Positions 62,462-64,000 of a stretch of 64,000 nucleotides of DNA are shown here, in pieces. Each line of letters starts with the position of its first letter. Within the stretch, counting starts at the first letter, position 1. Origin of the DNA: Terriglobia bacterium (GTDB lineage: Bacteria; Acidobacteriota; Terriglobia; Bryobacterales; Bryobacteraceae). Below the pieces are notes generated by a model. It ran no database searches, was not told the origin of the DNA, and saw nothing but the letters and a program-made list of their open reading frames with translations. Made by a program: the position numbers and the translations under genes. Location of the stretch: positions 39,910-103,909 of the forward strand of contig CAVOJS010000005.1 in assembly GCA_963696335.1 (NCBI GenBank), given 5' to 3'.

Positions 62462-62857
62462 ATGGACGGGCGCTTTGTTCCTCTCATCCTACCGATCGCA
62501 GGGGCGGCGTATCTGGGGATCCACTTCCTTCGGGAGCGGCGAAAGCACGAACGTTCGTTGTCCTGGCCGATGGTATCCGCGAATGTCGAAGAGTCAATCA
62601 TCACTAAGCATCGAAAACGTGGCCGTGGCCGTCACCGATTCATTTACAGTTTGGAAGTACGGTTTGTCTATGTGGCCTCAGCGGAAGTGCATCGCGGCAC
62701 CTACTTTAAGTCTTTCGTCGCTGAAAACGAAGCACTACACCTGCAGCGAAGCATTGAGCAGGGACCGTTCTACATTCGTTATAACCCGAATTCACCAATT
62801 GAGTACGTTGTTGACCCGTTTCGCGACGTCTGGCCGGGGAATAGTAAGCAGATTTAG
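62462..62857 (+). CDS. Small membrane-anchored protein, DUF3592-like (tentative)
   Basis: The N-terminal TM segment is FVPLILPIAGAAYLGIHFL, followed by SWPMVSANVEES...YSLEVRFVYVASAEVHRGTY. The region has lower GC. A competing ORF lies in another frame at 62475..62870. Confidence 0.5.
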   Translation: MDGRFVPLILPIAGAAYLGIHFLRERRKHERSLSWPMVSANVEESIITKHRKRGRGRHRFIYSLEVRFVYVASAEVHRGTYFKSFVAENEALHLQRSIEQGPFYIRYNPNSPIEYVVDPFRDVWPGNSKQI

Positions 62858-63921
62858 GCCTTCAGCCTAGGGAACAATTGCTCCGCGTTGCCGCGATTGA
62901 TCGCTTCCCACTCCTTCGGCGAAAAGCCGGGATAGAGGTCGAGCCCTTCATCCGTGAGCTCGTAATTTCGCAAGGGAACGTCCGATCCGTACAGGATCTG
63001 CGATACAGGCGCTATATCCTTCAGGGCGTCGAGCGCGGGGACTTTGCTCGCGTGCGCAGTATCGTAATAAAACCTGCGGAATTCGTATTCGACGCCGTGC
63101 GGAAGGCGATTGAGCAGCGCCTTCGGATAATCGTCGACCATGCGCGCGGCGAGCGTAGGGATCGCTCCGCCGGAGTGCGAAAAAATGAAGCGGACATCCG
63201 GAAACTTTCCGGGAGTCCCGCCGATCAACAGACTTTCGGCGCAGCGGGCCGTATCGAGATCGTATTCGATCATGCCGGAAATCGAGAGTTCCGGAATCAG
63301 ATTGCGGCAGCACGAAGCGGCGGCCGGATGATAAAACACTACGGCTTTCCGGCGATTTAATTCCTCAAAGACCGGGGCAAACGCGGGATCGCCTGGCCAT
63401 TTATCCAGATAGCTGGTCCACAATCCGATGCCATCGGCCTTCAACGTGTCGTAAACATACGCGATTTCCTTCAGGCTGCCTTCGACGTCGGGCAAGGGCA
63501 GCGCCGCGAACATTCCAAAGCGCCCCGGATAATCGCGTACGACCTGCGCGTTGTAATCGTTATTGATTCTTACGAGCTTGCGGGCGCGCTCGCTTTTGTC
63601 GCTCATCGAATCGAGCACCAGGCGCTGCACGGGCGAGAGCATCGACGTCGCGACGCCGTGCTTGTCCATCATTTCGAGGGAGGTCTGCGGGGTCCATGCG
63701 CGCGGTGCGAAGCCCGTCTTCTTCATTTCGTCCTGCATCGCTGCCATGTAGCCTGGCGGATACAAGTGATGGTGAACGTCGATGCGCCCGCGTGGTGCGC
63801 GATTTTGCCCGATCATTCGCGGGACCAAGGCCGCTGCGCCTGCGCCGGCCGCAATCTTCAACCAGTCGCGGCGCGAGGGAACCAGACGATCATTTGGACG
63901 ATCCAGGGCACGTTGATCCAT
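62854..63921 (-). CDS. Amidohydrolase-2 (ACMSD-like metal-dependent hydrolase/decarboxylase) family protein with a Tat signal
   Basis: The Tat motif is PSRRDWLKIAAGAGAAALVP. It carries the metal motif IDVHHHLYPPGY, and also FSHSGGAIP and YGSDVP. Confidence 0.85.
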   Translation of the reverse strand: MDQRALDRPNDRLVPSRRDWLKIAAGAGAAALVPRMIGQNRAPRGRIDVHHHLYPPGYMAAMQDEMKKTGFAPRAWTPQTSLEMMDKHGVATSMLSPVQRLVLDSMSDKSERARKLVRINNDYNAQVVRDYPGRFGMFAALPLPDVEGSLKEIAYVYDTLKADGIGLWTSYLDKWPGDPAFAPVFEELNRRKAVVFYHPAAASCCRNLIPELSISGMIEYDLDTARCAESLLIGGTPGKFPDVRFIFSHSGGAIPTLAARMVDDYPKALLNRLPHGVEYEFRRFYYDTAHASKVPALDALKDIAPVSQILYGSDVPLRNYELTDEGLDLYPGFSPKEWEAINRGNAEQLFPRLKA

Positions 63922-64000
63922 AGTTTTTCCCTCCGGCGCTCGGCGTCTGTCCTTCTTTCTTACAGCTACGAGCTTTTACAACTACGAGGCTACTTTGAAG

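Noticed and set aside
62475-62870. An alternative-frame 131-aa ORF overlapping 62462-62857.
   Set aside because: Its product lacks a plausible TM or signal segment or any domain pattern. The 62462 frame gives a TM helix plus a DUF3592-like beta region. Even that call is only moderate confidence.
1-64000. A search by eye for CRISPR arrays, tRNA or rRNA genes, transposases, integrases, phage genes, toxin-antitoxin pairs and defence-system hallmarks.
   Set aside because: No regularly spaced repeats were seen, and no T-loop-like GGTTCGAATCC motifs. No DDE or tyrosine-recombinase-like ORFs were seen, and no ATPase/nuclease defence signatures. The only repeat found is the 29-nt duplication at 55832-55893. 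A tRNAscan, Infernal or minced run would be needed to be certain.

Overview
This is a high-GC (about 60%) bacterial chromosomal segment. Its gene content looks typical of Acidobacteriota (Solibacter/Bryobacter-like), but that taxonomic call is an inference from protein families only. I saw no rRNA, tRNA, CRISPR array, transposase or integrase by eye.

Content:
- Five very large outer-membrane proteins with an N-terminal carboxypeptidase-regulatory-like domain and a TonB-dependent-receptor-like barrel. One of them is frameshifted and also cut by the window edge.
- An OmpR-type response regulator and a HAMP histidine kinase.
- A 30-gene co-directional minus-strand array (24451-55022), dominated by predicted exported proteins:
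  - five Tat-signal xylose-isomerase-like TIM barrels;
  - a PQQ dehydrogenase with three dihaem c-type cytochromes;
  - a double thioredoxin-fold protein;
  - GlcG-like, DUF899-like and DUF6152-like proteins;
  - a cytoplasmic Gfo/Idh/MocA + TIM barrel + ROK kinase set and an MFS transporter.
- At the right end: a Tat-signal FMN alpha-hydroxy-acid oxidase-like enzyme, a CxxCH protein, single-chain pyruvate carboxylase and a Tat-signal amidohydrolase.

Main finding: a 13-member paralogous family of small secreted proteins that I cannot assign to any named family.
- Shared motifs are D-x-[STE]-G-x-W after the signal peptide, then DGRxHP, then GHSIGHWEGDTLVVDT-like.
- 12 of 13 members keep a conserved Cys pair.
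- The family forms six ordered tandem gene pairs. Four C2-C1 pairs have overlapping or near-overlapping stop/start codons and sit with the Tat TIM barrels. Two A-B pairs sit next to the receptor genes and carry a metallo-beta-lactamase-fold module, fused to B in one locus and split off in the other.

All functional interpretations are inferences. No database search was possible.
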